DNA of 63,093 nucleotides, counting the filler, from Lenisia limosa (lineage: Eukaryota > Protista > Breviatea): the NCBI GenBank assembly GCA_001655205.1. It is 23 parts of 23 records of this genome, joined end to end, with 100 filler letters (N's around TTAATTAATTAA, not from the genome) between each part and the next. Parts side by side here need not be neighbours in the genome. Positions count along the whole stretch, not along the records: positions 51,805 to 56,666 come from LPNZ01004471.1; positions 56,767 to 57,892 come from LPNZ01002237.1; positions 57,993 to 60,948 come from LPNZ01008163.1; positions 61,049 to 63,093 come from LPNZ01000876.1; 19 more parts are not named here. One strand, written 5' to 3'. The position numbers and the translations under genes are program-made. Each line of letters starts with the position of its first letter. The stretch's first letter is position 1. Below, piece by piece: positions 51,805 to 63,093 of the stretch. The notes beneath the pieces were generated by a model that had not been told where the DNA came from, did no database searches, and worked only from the letters and a program-made list of their open reading frames with translations.

Positions 51805-54800
51805 CCCCCATACAGAGGGTTCAGGGGGGACAATAGGGGACATTTTGGGGTTGTACTCCATGACGGTGAGACTGTCGTTGAGAACACAGGCGTCAATACC
51901 TCGCGACTTCCTAAAAAGGAAAGTTAAAATGGGGTGACTTCCAAAAAAGGCAAGTTATCCGGGTTATTTGAAAAAGTTAGCCCCCCCCCCCCNNNNNNNN
52001 NNNNNNNNNNNNNNNNNNNNNNNNNNNNNNNNNNNNNNNNNNNNNNNNNNNNNNNNNNNNNNNNNNNNNNNNNNNNNNNNNNNNNNNNNNNNNNNNNNNN
52101 NNNNNNNNNNNNNNNNNNNNNNNNNNNNNNNNNNNNNNNNNNNNNNNNNNNNNNNNNNNNNNNNNNNNNNNNNNNNNNNAAATCCTTGATAAATCCTCGA
52201 TAAATCCTCGTTAAATTTAGATAATGAGATATATCTTTAATAAATCCGTAAAGTATCGATATGTTTCCTATCTTTATCGAACCGAAGTGAAGCCCACATC
52301 CCCCACTGTTCTTCATTTGCGACGGCAAGGATGAGAGTGCGGTGGAAGGAGTGAGTGGGCCTCTTAGTGGTACTGTTCACTACAATGTTGGATTTATCTT
52401 GATAAAGAGAGAGGGGTGTGTGTATAATATCAATGTTAGAGTGTTTATATCTTGATAAAGAAGGGGGGGGGGGAGATTTGTGAAACAAAAAAAAAGGCCC
52501 AAATCAACTCTATTGGCTGACAGTATACAAGGGTTTATTAAAACAAAACAAACAAAGCCCAGTCCCTCCCCCCCAAACATTCAGAAGAGTCACCAACGAG
52601 AGACACCATGATGAGCTAAAAAGTCAATTGGAAGAAAATATGTATGGTTATATTATTGGACGTAAGATGATGGTGTTTTTGTTAGAGGTATGATGATGAT
52701 GTTGTTGTTACCCCCCCCTCCCCCACCGAAAGAGGCATGCAAGACAGCGGGAAGGCATCACACGACAAAGTGTCCATGTTCACGCGGCCGCGCAACCGGT
52801 TTTTGAACAGTTTTCTGATCTCCTCGGGGCCCACAGCCAGCGTGTCTACTTTTCGGTCTGGGGGGGGGGGGGNNNNNNNNNNNNNNNNNNNNNNNNNNNN
52901 NNNNNNNNNNNNNNNNNNNNNNNNNNNNNNNNNNNNNNNNNNNNNNNNNNNNNNNNCACCCATACTGAAGCTCAGTTTGGCGTTCGCGGTGTGATTGCGG
53001 GACATTGTGCTTCCCCTAAACAGTCACGTTTTATTGGTAGACTAGTTGAGTGGCTTGACACAAAATCTATGAAAAAACCAAAACAAGTGAGCATCCAAAT
53101 CTAAGAAGAGACGAGTAATCTAAATCTGAGACGAGAAATCTAAATCCAAGAAGAGTAACAATATTTGGTATTGCTTATGAAGCAAGAGATTGCTTTCTCA
53201 TCAAATGCCCAGATCAAGACCCTTTCAGCCCCTGAATTTCACTTGACACCACCACCACACTTAGATACGAAATTTGACCCTCTCCCCCTCCATACCACTT
53301 GAAGTCGTAACTTGAGACGGTGGAGTGACTGGCACAGGAGCTCTGAGTGAAATATCCCGTGATGTTCTGATTGCCTTCAATGTCCTTGAAGTATCTACAC
53401 AGTGTGAGCAATGATTAGGGCAGTATCTGACCGAAGCCGTCCACATCACCATGATTATAAGGGATATTGGATTATTGCAACTGCAACACAACCACAATTG
53501 CAAGGGACTTTGATTTTCCAGCCTACTTAGCTACGAAGTTGGGTACGAAAGTGGACAGAACTTCCGTTCCGAAGTAAAACGGCTGGGTATCAGGGACAGC
53601 GTGATTAGCCTGGGAGGGTAAAATTGGATAATTTAAAAACAAAATAAAAATAATAAAAAATATCAGCATCAACTCTGTTGTCAATGATATCAGCATTAAC
53701 ATCACCACCACATCATCATCATCAGCAGCATCATCATCATCATCAACAACATCAAAATATCATCATCAACAACATCAAAATATCGTCATCGTCACCCCCT
53801 TCCCACCGAAATATCATCATCACCGAAGTCGAAGGTAATAACAGGGGCCAATTCGATTCCATCAAGAAGCTTCAGTTTCGGGAAGATCTCAACAATTTCC
53901 CTAAAGTGTAACCAGGGCTTCCCTGTGATCCAAAAAGACCGTTTAAATATCGATATTTATCGAGGATTTATCGAAATATCGGTCTTTTTTTGGGACCACC
54001 TAAGTATAACAAGCTCTCTCAACAATTTCCAAATAGAAGTCATTTCAACAATTTGATTAAAGAATGAAAGCTTCGAGAATTTCAACTTCATGTACATATC
54101 AGAGTGTGTCTATCTGTTTGCTTCAATTACTGAATTTCGATGAAGATCAATTTGGTTCAAATTGAGAAGGTGAATTACCCCATCCTCCTCCACCCATTTT
54201 TCACAACCTACCCCCAAACTCACACACACCCCAGCATTATTATCATTATTCCTCACACACACTACCATACGCTCACCCACAAAAAAATAAAAATAATAAA
54301 ATAAAATAATAAAAATAAAAAACTCCTACCATATGCTAACACCACCTCCCCCCCACAAAAAAAAAACAAACAAAAAAAAAAACNNNNNNNNNNNNNNNNN
54401 NNNNNNNNNNNNNNNNNNNNNNNNNNNNNNNNNNNNNNNNNNNNNNNNNNNNNNNNNNNNGTCAAGACTTATCTCGGTCACTGTATGCCAATACCCCCCC
54501 TCCCAAACCTGGAATAGTCGGTCTGTGCTACGTTGTTTACACAAGGGTTGTTGCGGATGATAAGCTCGTTTAAGTTTCCAAGGTACTGCAAGGACTGGAG
54601 GGGAAAAGAGTGAAGAAGCATGGTAATTTGTTAATGGTATCCCTATGTATCTATTTGTTTCCCAAGATTTCTAACTTTTATTTCTCTTGTTAAAAAACAA
54701 AAGAGTGAAGATTGAAAATTTATGAAACAAAAAAGCCTAAAATCCGCTCTGGCTTGCAACAAAAGAGGGGTGAAAACTAAAAAACCAACAAAGCCCAGGT

Positions 54801-56297
54801 CGCTTCTGCAGCACCACATCCCATCACTCCAGCGTAGAAAAAAATGGAAACAACGAAACAAAAAAACAAATTGACACAAACCAGAGGAAAAAGGGTGGTG
54901 AAAACAAAAGAGTTGAGTGATAGTAAAAGTCCTCAAAGGGTCGGTCTTTTTGATCCGATACTGACATTTGATAAACCCCGGGTACCTTGAAGGTGGAAAG
55001 GGACGAAATGTCGTTGTCTTCAAAAGACTAAAACCATAAGCAGAAGAATATTTGCGACTTTTTGTTTATTTGTTATTGTTTGTGCCTGTTTAATATTCTT
55101 ATTTATTCGTCAATGATATGAGGTAAAAAAAAGGGGCATCTGGCCGAAGCCGTCCACACACTCATGCTGAAGAGATATTGAATTGTAGTACCTGGCCAAA
55201 GCCGTCAACATCATCACGCTTATTTGAAATATTGGAATTGTAAAATATTAATTCACCCAATCTTTGCCTTACAACTCTGTGCAATAACAAAGTGCAAAAT
55301 TCATTAATAGAAGACCCACGAGATTTTTGACGGTCTGAGAGAGTTCAATTCCCTCGTTGAAGAAGGCAAGACGCGGGATTCGGTTGTTGCCAAAGGATAT
55401 AGTCTCCACCTTTGGACTGTCATATATTTCAATTTCTTATTCATAAATATATTGTATATCATATTGTATATTATACTAAACGTATGCCCATTACTGAACC
55501 TTTTTCCAAATGACTTTTATTTTTTAACTACAGACGCTGCGACCCTCTTTTTAGATGGGCCCAATACCCCTCCCCCCCTACGCCCGGCGCGGCCTTGTTA
55601 ATGACGGCGATAACGCCGGCACCGAAGCGCTCCCTCGAAAAGTCCACATCCACTCCATGCATCATCTGGCGTTGACGGTTAGACAGATGATATATGATAT
55701 ATGTACTCCATGCATCATCTGGCGTTGGCTTTTAGACAGATGGTAAATGATAGTTGTACCCCCCCATGTATCTGAGCAGCATAACAACTAGGGCTTCACT
55801 TCGGTTCGAAAAAAGACTGAATTTCTTGATAAATCTTGAAAAACTATCATACTGGTCTTTTTTGAACCGAAGATACCGCAAAGGGGCAGCATATCATCAT
55901 ACCCTCCAATATTCTTTAAATTAGGTAACAGAGGCAAAATAGCATTCCTCTGATAGGGCTTCAGAACGATCCCATAAAAGGCCGAATCTTCTGATAAATC
56001 CTCGCTATCGATATTTCGACGGCCTTTTTCGGACCGCACGGAAGCACTACCGGTAAGACAAAAGAAAGAGTCAAAACCTACGGCTTCACTTTGGTTCGAA
56101 AAAAGACCCGTAAATTATCGATAGTTTTCGAGGATTCATTGAGAAATTCAGTCTTTTTTTTCGAACCGAAGTGAAGCCCTATCAAAACATCGTCTAACAG
56201 GATACCCCCTTCACCAGCTGATCTCGCATGTTGTTGAGATTGAGGAATTTGCTGGCAGAGTCGTAGTTTTCCCTGACGAAAGCCTTGAGAAGCTCGG
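51805..56297 (-). CDS. NXF1: Nuclear mRNA export factor NXF1/TAP/Mex67 (LRR and NTF2-like domains)
   Basis: About 11 phase-consistent exons: LLKAFVRENYDSASKFLNL / GVDVDFSR...APG / VETISFGNNRI...TVKNL / SFEDNDISSL / LNELIIRNNPC / EIFPKLKLLDGIELAPVITFD / FYFGTEVLSTFVPNFVAK / YF...SRN / LIMVSLVG / SFHRTLILAVA / ACVLNDSLTV, collinear with recalled NXF1. Confidence 0.9.
56079..56181. mobile_element. MITE family A copy in an NXF1 intron
   Basis: TIRs with flanks TCAAAACC / TCAAAACA. Two more copies at about 55789-55870 and 55954-56045 lie in the same intron. Confidence 0.85.
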
Positions 56298-56570
56298 CTG
56301 CAACGTCATTCAAAATCCGAATAAAAATACAAGGTGCTTGTAATTTTAACAAGGGTAAATATGGCGAACTTGGAATTAAGTATACTACATCCAACCAACC
56401 CTGCACCCTAGATTATCAAAAACACCACCACTCTAGTACTTGGTTTTCTCTTGTGTATCGGATTGGATTGATACCTTTGGCTCAGTAACAATACAATCCC
56501 ATCAGGTATTTTTTTATCGTTTGCAACCCCATCATACACTTGGACCCCCGATCCCCCCTTTTTGCAAATA

Positions 56571-56648
56571 CACTGGCCACGATAAGTCCTGACACGGTTG
56601 ACTAAAGAAACAGCTCAATATCCGTGTCGGGACTTATCGCAGATAGTG
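56571..56648. mobile_element. MITE family C (TA-CACTG...GATAAGTCCTGACACG TIR)
   Basis: GATAAGTCCTGACACGG ... CCGTGTCGGGACTTATC with TA flanks. Related copies at about 31745-31805, 59030-59100 and 62755-62800. Confidence 0.8.
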
Positions 56649-56766
56649 TACATATATCATAGTTTANNNNNNNNNNNNNNNNNNNNNNNNNNNNNNNNNN
56701 NNNNNNNNNNTTAATTAATTAANNNNNNNNNNNNNNNNNNNNNNNNNNNNNNNNNNNNNNNNNNNN

Positions 56767-57724
56767 AGAAGGCGCGTCCCCAATGGAGGTGCAGGAACTG
56801 AAGAAGGAGCTGGAGGAAACAAAGGTATGGATGGAGGGCTGGAAGGGTTGTATGAGCAAAGTAAATTGGGGGCTCAGAAACTAACTTTATTTTTGTATTT
56901 ATAGAACCTGAGTGCTACAGGGTGGAATTGCTCTTTTGAGAGTTTTTTTTTTTTTGAGTCTGAGTTATAATTGGCAGAACAAATACCAAAATTCACCAAA
57001 AAATGGGGTTCCAAAGTAAGTTTTTATTTATTTGGTGGTAGTTTCAGATTATTCGGTTCGTAATTAGTTCTCCAGTATTCTAAATCGAAATTTCCTTCGT
57101 TAAACCCTGTGTTGTTAGCCAACAGAGTGGATTTTGGGCTTTTTTTTCCTCATAAATATTCCACCCACTCCTCCCCAGGCCGCCTTAGCCGACACGCAGG
57201 CCAAACTCAGTCGACGACCGGATGCGGGTGATGCTGATGGTGACAATAAACTACTTGCTGCTTTGGAGGAGTTTGAGTCTAAGGTGGGAATACTGGCAAC
57301 AGAGTTAATTTTGGGTCTTTTGTTACATAAATTATCTGTTTTACCCCACGATGCTGTGCTGCAGAAGCGACTGCCTGGGCTTTGTTTGTTTTGTTGTAAT
57401 CAACCCTCGTTGATTTTGGGCTTTTTTTGTTTTGGAAATTGTCCAATTTACCCCCCCCCCCCAGACAGCCAGCCTGGAAGCCAGCAATCTTGCTTTGGAA
57501 GAGGAAAAAGACCGTTTGGAGAACCAACTTGCCCTCAGCTCCAAGTCCAGTGTCATGTCCGATGAGGCTCAGAAGCAAATCGAAGTGGGTATTGGGATCC
57601 TTCAGCCAGATACCATAAGAGTGGACTGCTCGGCCAGGTACAACCTTGTTTTTATACATGCATATTTCTAATACTGTCAGGAACTGGAAGCTGAGCTTTC
57701 CAAGCTTCGCCAACAACAATTCAG
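56767..57724 (+). CDS. Coiled-coil hypothetical protein (four exons)
   Basis: EVQELKKELEETK / AALADTQAKLSRR...LEEFESK / TASLEASNLALEEEKDRLENQL...QIE / ELEAELSKLRQQQF, with phase-0 joins. Confidence 0.7.
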
Positions 57725-58306
57725 GTTGTGGTGGTCATTTGATTGTTTCTACAATTTATGTTTGCGTTTAATGGTTAATGCGCGATTTATACCACATTTA
57801 ACGTGATTTTCTCATCTTATATTATGCATCCAAGCCATTTCAGTTTGATTTACACAACTTTTAAAGACAATTACGCTACTTTGCGTTAATTGNNNNNNNN
57901 NNNNNNNNNNNNNNNNNNNNNNNNNNNNNNNNNNNNTTAATTAATTAANNNNNNNNNNNNNNNNNNNNNNNNNNNNNNNNNNNNNNNNNNNNTCTTAATG
58001 GAATAAGATTTTATCTTTTATCCTGTTGAGTACGCGTGTTCTTTTTTGTTTTATAACACACTAATAGATAACTATCGATATTATTTCTTTGTTCGACCAG
58101 AGGGAAGACCCCCCCCCCCTTAATGAATCAATGATAATGTCGTTATTATGTTCTACAAATATTTTGCTTTGTCAAATGTTTTGAGTTTGTTTTTTACATA
58201 CTTTCTCAATAGAGTTAATCACCCACCCACTTCAATAAAGGTGAAATCTGCACCGCAACCACCTCACCATGAAAAAAGGTGATAATCCGTATTTATGACC
58301 CATTAG

Positions 58307-60873
58307 GCCACTCGGGAAACGTCGTATGCAGCACATGGAATGCGCAGTACCAGAAGCTCACGACTGCGGACGATAACGGCCTGATCATTGTGTGGATGTT
58401 GTTTAAAGGTGGGCATGATGATGTAGCGAATTGTTTCATCCCAGAAACAAGAAATTGATATCTGCTCATTCTTCAGAAATGTGGTACGAAGAAATGCTGA
58501 ACAACCGTAAACAAAGTCGAGTAGGAGATATGAGCTGGAACTCCAGTGGAACACGAATTGCTATTGCCTTCCAAGATGGTGAGTGAAAATGACCCCCNNN
58601 NNNNNNNNNNNNNNNNNNNNNNNNNNNNNNNNNNNNNNNNNNNNNNNNNNNNNNNNNNNNNNNNNNNNNNNNNNNNNNNNNNNNNNNNNNNNNNNNNNNN
58701 NNNNNNNNNNNNNNNNNCCCATTAGAGTTGATTTCGGTTTGTTTTTCTCTCATAGAAGACATTACCCTCCCCCCTTCTGCTCCTTAAACTGAAAAGAAAA
58801 AGGTGTCTAACAACCTCCCCAGGAGCAGTTATTGTTGGCTCGGTGGATGGCAACCGTAAATGGGCAAGCACAATTGGAACGTCGTTATCCCATGTTGTTT
58901 GGTCCCCTGACGGCCGTTATTTGGTGTTCGCGTCCGGAGAGGGCAAACTGCTTCTTCATGACGCTTCAGGCACGCAGATTGTGGGGGGCGCATGGGGCTC
59001 AGATTGTGTATGGGTGGGGTGCTCAATATCCGTGATAAGTCATGACACGATTGACTAAAGATAAAGCTCAATATCCGTGTCAGGATTTTGTGATCAGTGT
59101 AGACTCGCAGATGTCTCATTTCTCACATCGTAGGGTGTTCTTGCGAATTTCTGTTATGAAGAAGGGCAACCAACATTCCCAGTGGCCTCTATGGACTGGT
59201 GGGCCCCCAGGTTTATTTTGTTTATGATGGATAAACGGTGNNNNNNNNNNNNNNNNNNNNNNNNNNNNNNNNNNNNNNNNNNNNNNNNNNNNNNNNNNNN
59301 NNNNNNNNNNNNNNNNNNNNNNNNNNNNNNNNNNNNNNNNNNNNNNNNNNNNNNNNNNNNNNNNNNNTTATCCAATTTTACCCCTTCCCCCCAGGTACGA
59401 CGGAAGTGAGGGCTATGTAGAGGCTCACTGCCCCTGCTTTGCCATTGCCTTCAAGGACGGACGGATCCAAATCATGCGTTTTGAGATGGACGAGAGTAGG
59501 GCGGGCAAATGGAATGCTCCCACATTATTTGAGATTCATGGTATATTCACCATTTGTTCCTGGGTTTATTTGTGATTCTTGGTATATTTAGCATTTGTTC
59601 CTGGGTTTATTTGTGATTCTTGGTATATTTACCGTTTCCTTCTTTGTCACTTCTAACACGTTAGACCCCGTTCTTATTGACACCGGGCTGAACATTGTCA
59701 AGTCCTGCTGGAATGTTAAGGGTTTGTGGGGGGGGGGGGGGNNNNNNNNNNNNNNNNNNNNNNNNNNNNNNNNNNNNNNNNNNNNNNNNNNNNNNNNNNN
59801 NNNNNNNNNNNNNNNNNNNNNNNNNNNNNNNNNNNNNNNNNNNNNNNNNNNNNNNCACGAACTTAGAAGCCCAAACAATATCCAACCACAAACATAGCAA
59901 TATGAATATTGTGAAAAGATGTTTTAATATTGCTACTTTGGCGCTCTCATATGGGACTCATTTTGATATGATCTTGGTTGTAAATCGACCCTTACCCTCG
60001 GTTATTATGGGCATTATTTATGTGTATTCCTTATTAGCTCATATTTCTCATTACGGTGTTTGTTCAAGCCATCAGAAATGGGAAAAGTGTGAAAGATAAA
60101 TATCCCTATTTTCTATGAACTCATAATGTACTTCAAAAAATTGTTATTCCCCCCTCCCCCCCCCAATTNNNNNNNNNNNNNNNNNNNNNNNNNNNNNNNN
60201 NNNNNNNNNNNNNNNNNNNNNNNNNNNNNNNNNNNNNNNNNNNNNNNNNNNNNNNNNNNNNNNNNNNNNNNNNNNNNNNNNNNNNNNNNNNNNNNNNNNN
60301 NNCAGAGGGGGAATTCGGTTCGAAAACAGAATCCTCGAAACCGGTCTTTTTGGGACCAAAGTGAAGCCCTTGTTATATCTTCGGGTCTATACTGTCCATC
60401 AAGACCGTCAAATACCGATGTGTTTCGCGAATAACCAAGAAATTCAGTTCATTATATGACCATGTTGGAGTCTTAATTATGTGACCATGGTGGAGCCGTA
60501 ATTATGTGACCATGGTGGAGCCGTAATTATGGGACCATGCTGGAGCCGTTGTACAATCAATATATCTAAAAAGCGTGATGGTGTGGATGGCTTTGGCCAG
60601 ATAAAACGTTGTTTTTTTTATTTCTCATTGCTAAAAAATACTATATTATATAATATGAAAGGTGGAAGATGGGGAAATGAAGAGGGTGGTAAGTCTTGAC
60701 CACTATCTACTACAGTGACTGGGATAAGTCCTGAGCGATTTGATGTTTTCCCAGGAAAATCTGCCAAGACTTATCCCGGTCACTGTATATTCCCTTCAAG
60801 CCCTCAGCTTTTCACTTTTTCAGGCGAAGAGAAAACCATCCATCAAGTACAGTTCTACACCCCTTTCGGCCAT
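58307..60873 (+). CDS. WDR35: WDR35/IFT121 intraflagellar transport complex A subunit, N-terminal part
   Basis: Exons 58307-58408 ([32 protein letters not shown]), 58477-58578, 58823-58980 ([14 protein letters not shown]), 59134-59198, 59395-59495 ([20 protein letters not shown]), 59665-59721 (PVLIDTG) and 60824-60873 (VQFYTPFG) match recalled WDR35. Confidence 0.95.
60455..60546. repeat. 25-bp tandem repeat, about 4 copies (AATTATGTGACCATGGTGGAGCCGT)
   Basis: Located in a WDR35 intron. A separate 41-bp unit occurs twice at about 59541-59630. Confidence 0.85.
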
Positions 60874-61189
60874 GTGAGTGGTTTGTAGCTAATATATCGG
60901 GGTGAGTGGTTGCATTGGAGTACCCCCCTCCCCCTTATGTTGTCCCATNNNNNNNNNNNNNNNNNNNNNNNNNNNNNNNNNNNNNNNNNNNNTTAATTAA
61001 TTAANNNNNNNNNNNNNNNNNNNNNNNNNNNNNNNNNNNNNNNNNNNNGAGTGATGGGATGCAGTGCTGCAGAAGCGAAGGGCCTGGCTTTGTTTGTTTT
61101 GTGTTTTCATGCTTTTTTGTGTAATAAATTTTCCAATTTTACCGCCTTCCCCCCAAGTACACTAAATTACTAAATCCTCACCCTCGTAG

Positions 61190-61853
61190 CCGCCTTCCAG
61201 CTTGATGGACACTGCAGCGCTAAGATCAGTCAGGTCACTTTCAACACTGAAACCGCGTATGTAGGGGTATCTGTTTATGTTATATAATTGGTGATAGGTT
61301 GGGAGACATGTATTATGATGATGGGGGGACTAAAGGATGTATCATTTGAGATGATGGGGGAGGAGGTAATTGTATTAAAATATGATTAGGGCTTCACTTC
61401 GGTTCGAAAAATTCCGATTAATTATCAATAAATTTCGAAGATTTTTCGAGAAATTCAGTCTTAAATCAAGGTGTCAAATGGGAAGTTGTCTCGTATATCC
61501 GAAGCACGCTATTCTACTGCGCGTCATATTGAATGTGAATCACGCCACTTATTTTTAACTCCTTCCTCAAAATCGACTTAAGAGTCATTTTCAATACAAA
61601 AGAGAATAATATACATAAATCACTCCAAGGAACGCACTTCGTAATTGAACTTCTATCCGAGACAACTTCCCTTTGAAACCTGCTTTAAATGAGATATGGG
61701 TGAAATTTAGGAGTGGGGTTAACAGAATCTTGGACTTTCACTCCAACCTCCAATATTCATCATTGACATTTCCTTCGTTTTACTCCCCCCCTCCAGCGCC
61801 ATGGTTGACAGTAACTCCGTTTTCAGCGCTTCCAGTGTCAGAATTATGCCTTG
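61190..61853 (+). CDS. Hypothetical protein (two exons)
   Basis: 61190-61256 (AFQLDGHCSAKISQVTFNTETA) joins in phase 2 to 61798-61853 (AMVDSNSVFSASSVRIMP). Confidence 0.45.
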
Positions 61854-63093
61854 GTGAGTCTTGGAATGGGTATTTTGGATTTCGGAATCAGAAATTCGGA
61901 AGGATTGTTTATCCGAGGGTTTATCGGGGATTTATTGGGAATTGTCGGGAATTTAAATGAAGGTTTCGCTGGGTAATCGAGGGTTTATATTTAGAATTAA
62001 AAACCCATTGTTTGATCAAGTGCACTTATCAAGATTGTACAGGTGTCTCGAGAAAATTAATGGATTTAGGAGTGCCAAATGCAGTTCGAAGGGAAGTGGA
62101 CAGTGCACTGTTGAATACTAGAGAGCTTTGTTGATGACTGTTTTATTGTCTATTTCGGTCTTGAATACACTGTGTTATTACCCACCCTTTTCGAGATTTC
62201 CATCTGCTTTGGATAATGTTTCTATGTCGGGCACAACACCGTATTGTAGTCATACATGTTTTATTTAAAATGTCTGGCCATGTTAGGCAATTATGGGAAA
62301 TTGATTGATAACGGAACCCAAAGACATAACCGTTCTGGAGGGCATGGACTCGAATTTATTGAGGAAGTTATATTTGTGCACTTTAATTTCAATGTCAAAT
62401 TATGATTTCAAGCACAATCATCAAACAACTTATTTAACCACCAAAACTTTCAAATTTGCAAAAATGAACAGTAGACCATTTGAAAAAAACAAAACAAGAA
62501 CGCTCTCAAAGACGCCTATAAAATGCATTGAAACAAACGCCTCTCTTAGATGCCCCTTTAGGCTTTTCGGTGGTAGTGGTAGAGCTAGTCCTTTCTTGGC
62601 TTCTTGTTCGGGGGTGTTTCCTTCGTTTCCCTAAAGCATAAGTGGATTTTCGAATTATTTTTGATATTGCTAGTAGTAGGTAGTATTGGCAGAGATTGGG
62701 GATTTTGGGGATTTTATCTAATTTAATATGAATAGCAATACTTTCATTGTACACGCGATATGTGCTGACAGAATTTATTAAATATCCGTTTCAGGACTCG
62801 CGGAATATCCCCCAGAAATATAGAATAATAATAAAAAAAAAGTTCAAATCCAATGAGATGGATTTCGGGGTGTGAACCAACATTAAATATGTCTACTCTG
62901 CCTTTCAATATCGATAATATCCAAACAATAAAAAAAATATGACTACACTGCTCCAAAACTCGAATAATACTTATTTAAAAAGTAGTTGAATAAAAAAAAA
63001 ATTGCACACAACCCACTCGGCTTCATCATTAATATCTTCTACCATCAAAACTCCACGGTAGGCCTTACGTACTCCTAATGGGAAGTGAAAATT

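Noticed and set aside
62305-62956. AT-rich ORFs at the window end
   Set aside because: They lack convincing splice signals or motifs, and their composition resembles intronic or intergenic DNA.

Overview
This is eukaryotic nuclear DNA from a fragmented draft assembly, not a prokaryotic locus. It consists of 23 unrelated scaffold pieces (about 1.1-5.3 kb) joined by an artificial 100-bp linker (44 N + TTAATTAATTAA + 44 N), plus about 30 internal N gaps that lie mostly in introns next to poly-G/poly-C runs. The genes are intron-rich (exons about 30-300 nt, GT-AG introns, standard code), so the six-frame ORF track is mostly misleading. I built exon chains by hand using splice-phase consistency and recalled protein motifs; no database search was run. 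Recognisable gene fragments: RNF113A/Cwc24, UTP15, WDR44, an A/B-type cyclin C-terminus, an hnRNP F/H-like qRRM protein, PRP40 (FF domains), an inner-arm axonemal dynein heavy chain N-terminus, a WD40 protein, a TRANK1-like UvrD helicase, a four-domain voltage-gated Ca/Na channel, NXF1/Mex67 and WDR35/IFT121. These indicate a flagellated, intron-rich eukaryote whose lineage cannot be determined here. The most striking feature is intron architecture: introns are mosaics of a few shared repeat modules. (1) A two-module cassette of about 230 bp ends in TTTTAC(C)nAG and supplies the exact 3' splice site of at least 13 introns in unrelated genes, almost always in the host-sense orientation. (2) A roughly 150-200 bp element with a C(UUCG)G hairpin motif is host-sense in every copy whose host strand could be assigned. 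(3) Many donors are followed immediately by long G-tracts. (4) About 30 hAT-like MITEs (8-bp TSD) and several Tc1/mariner-like MITEs (TA TSD) are present. An unusual protein combines FG-like repeats, a degenerate DEAD-box C-terminal domain and a Q/Y/N prion-like tail.
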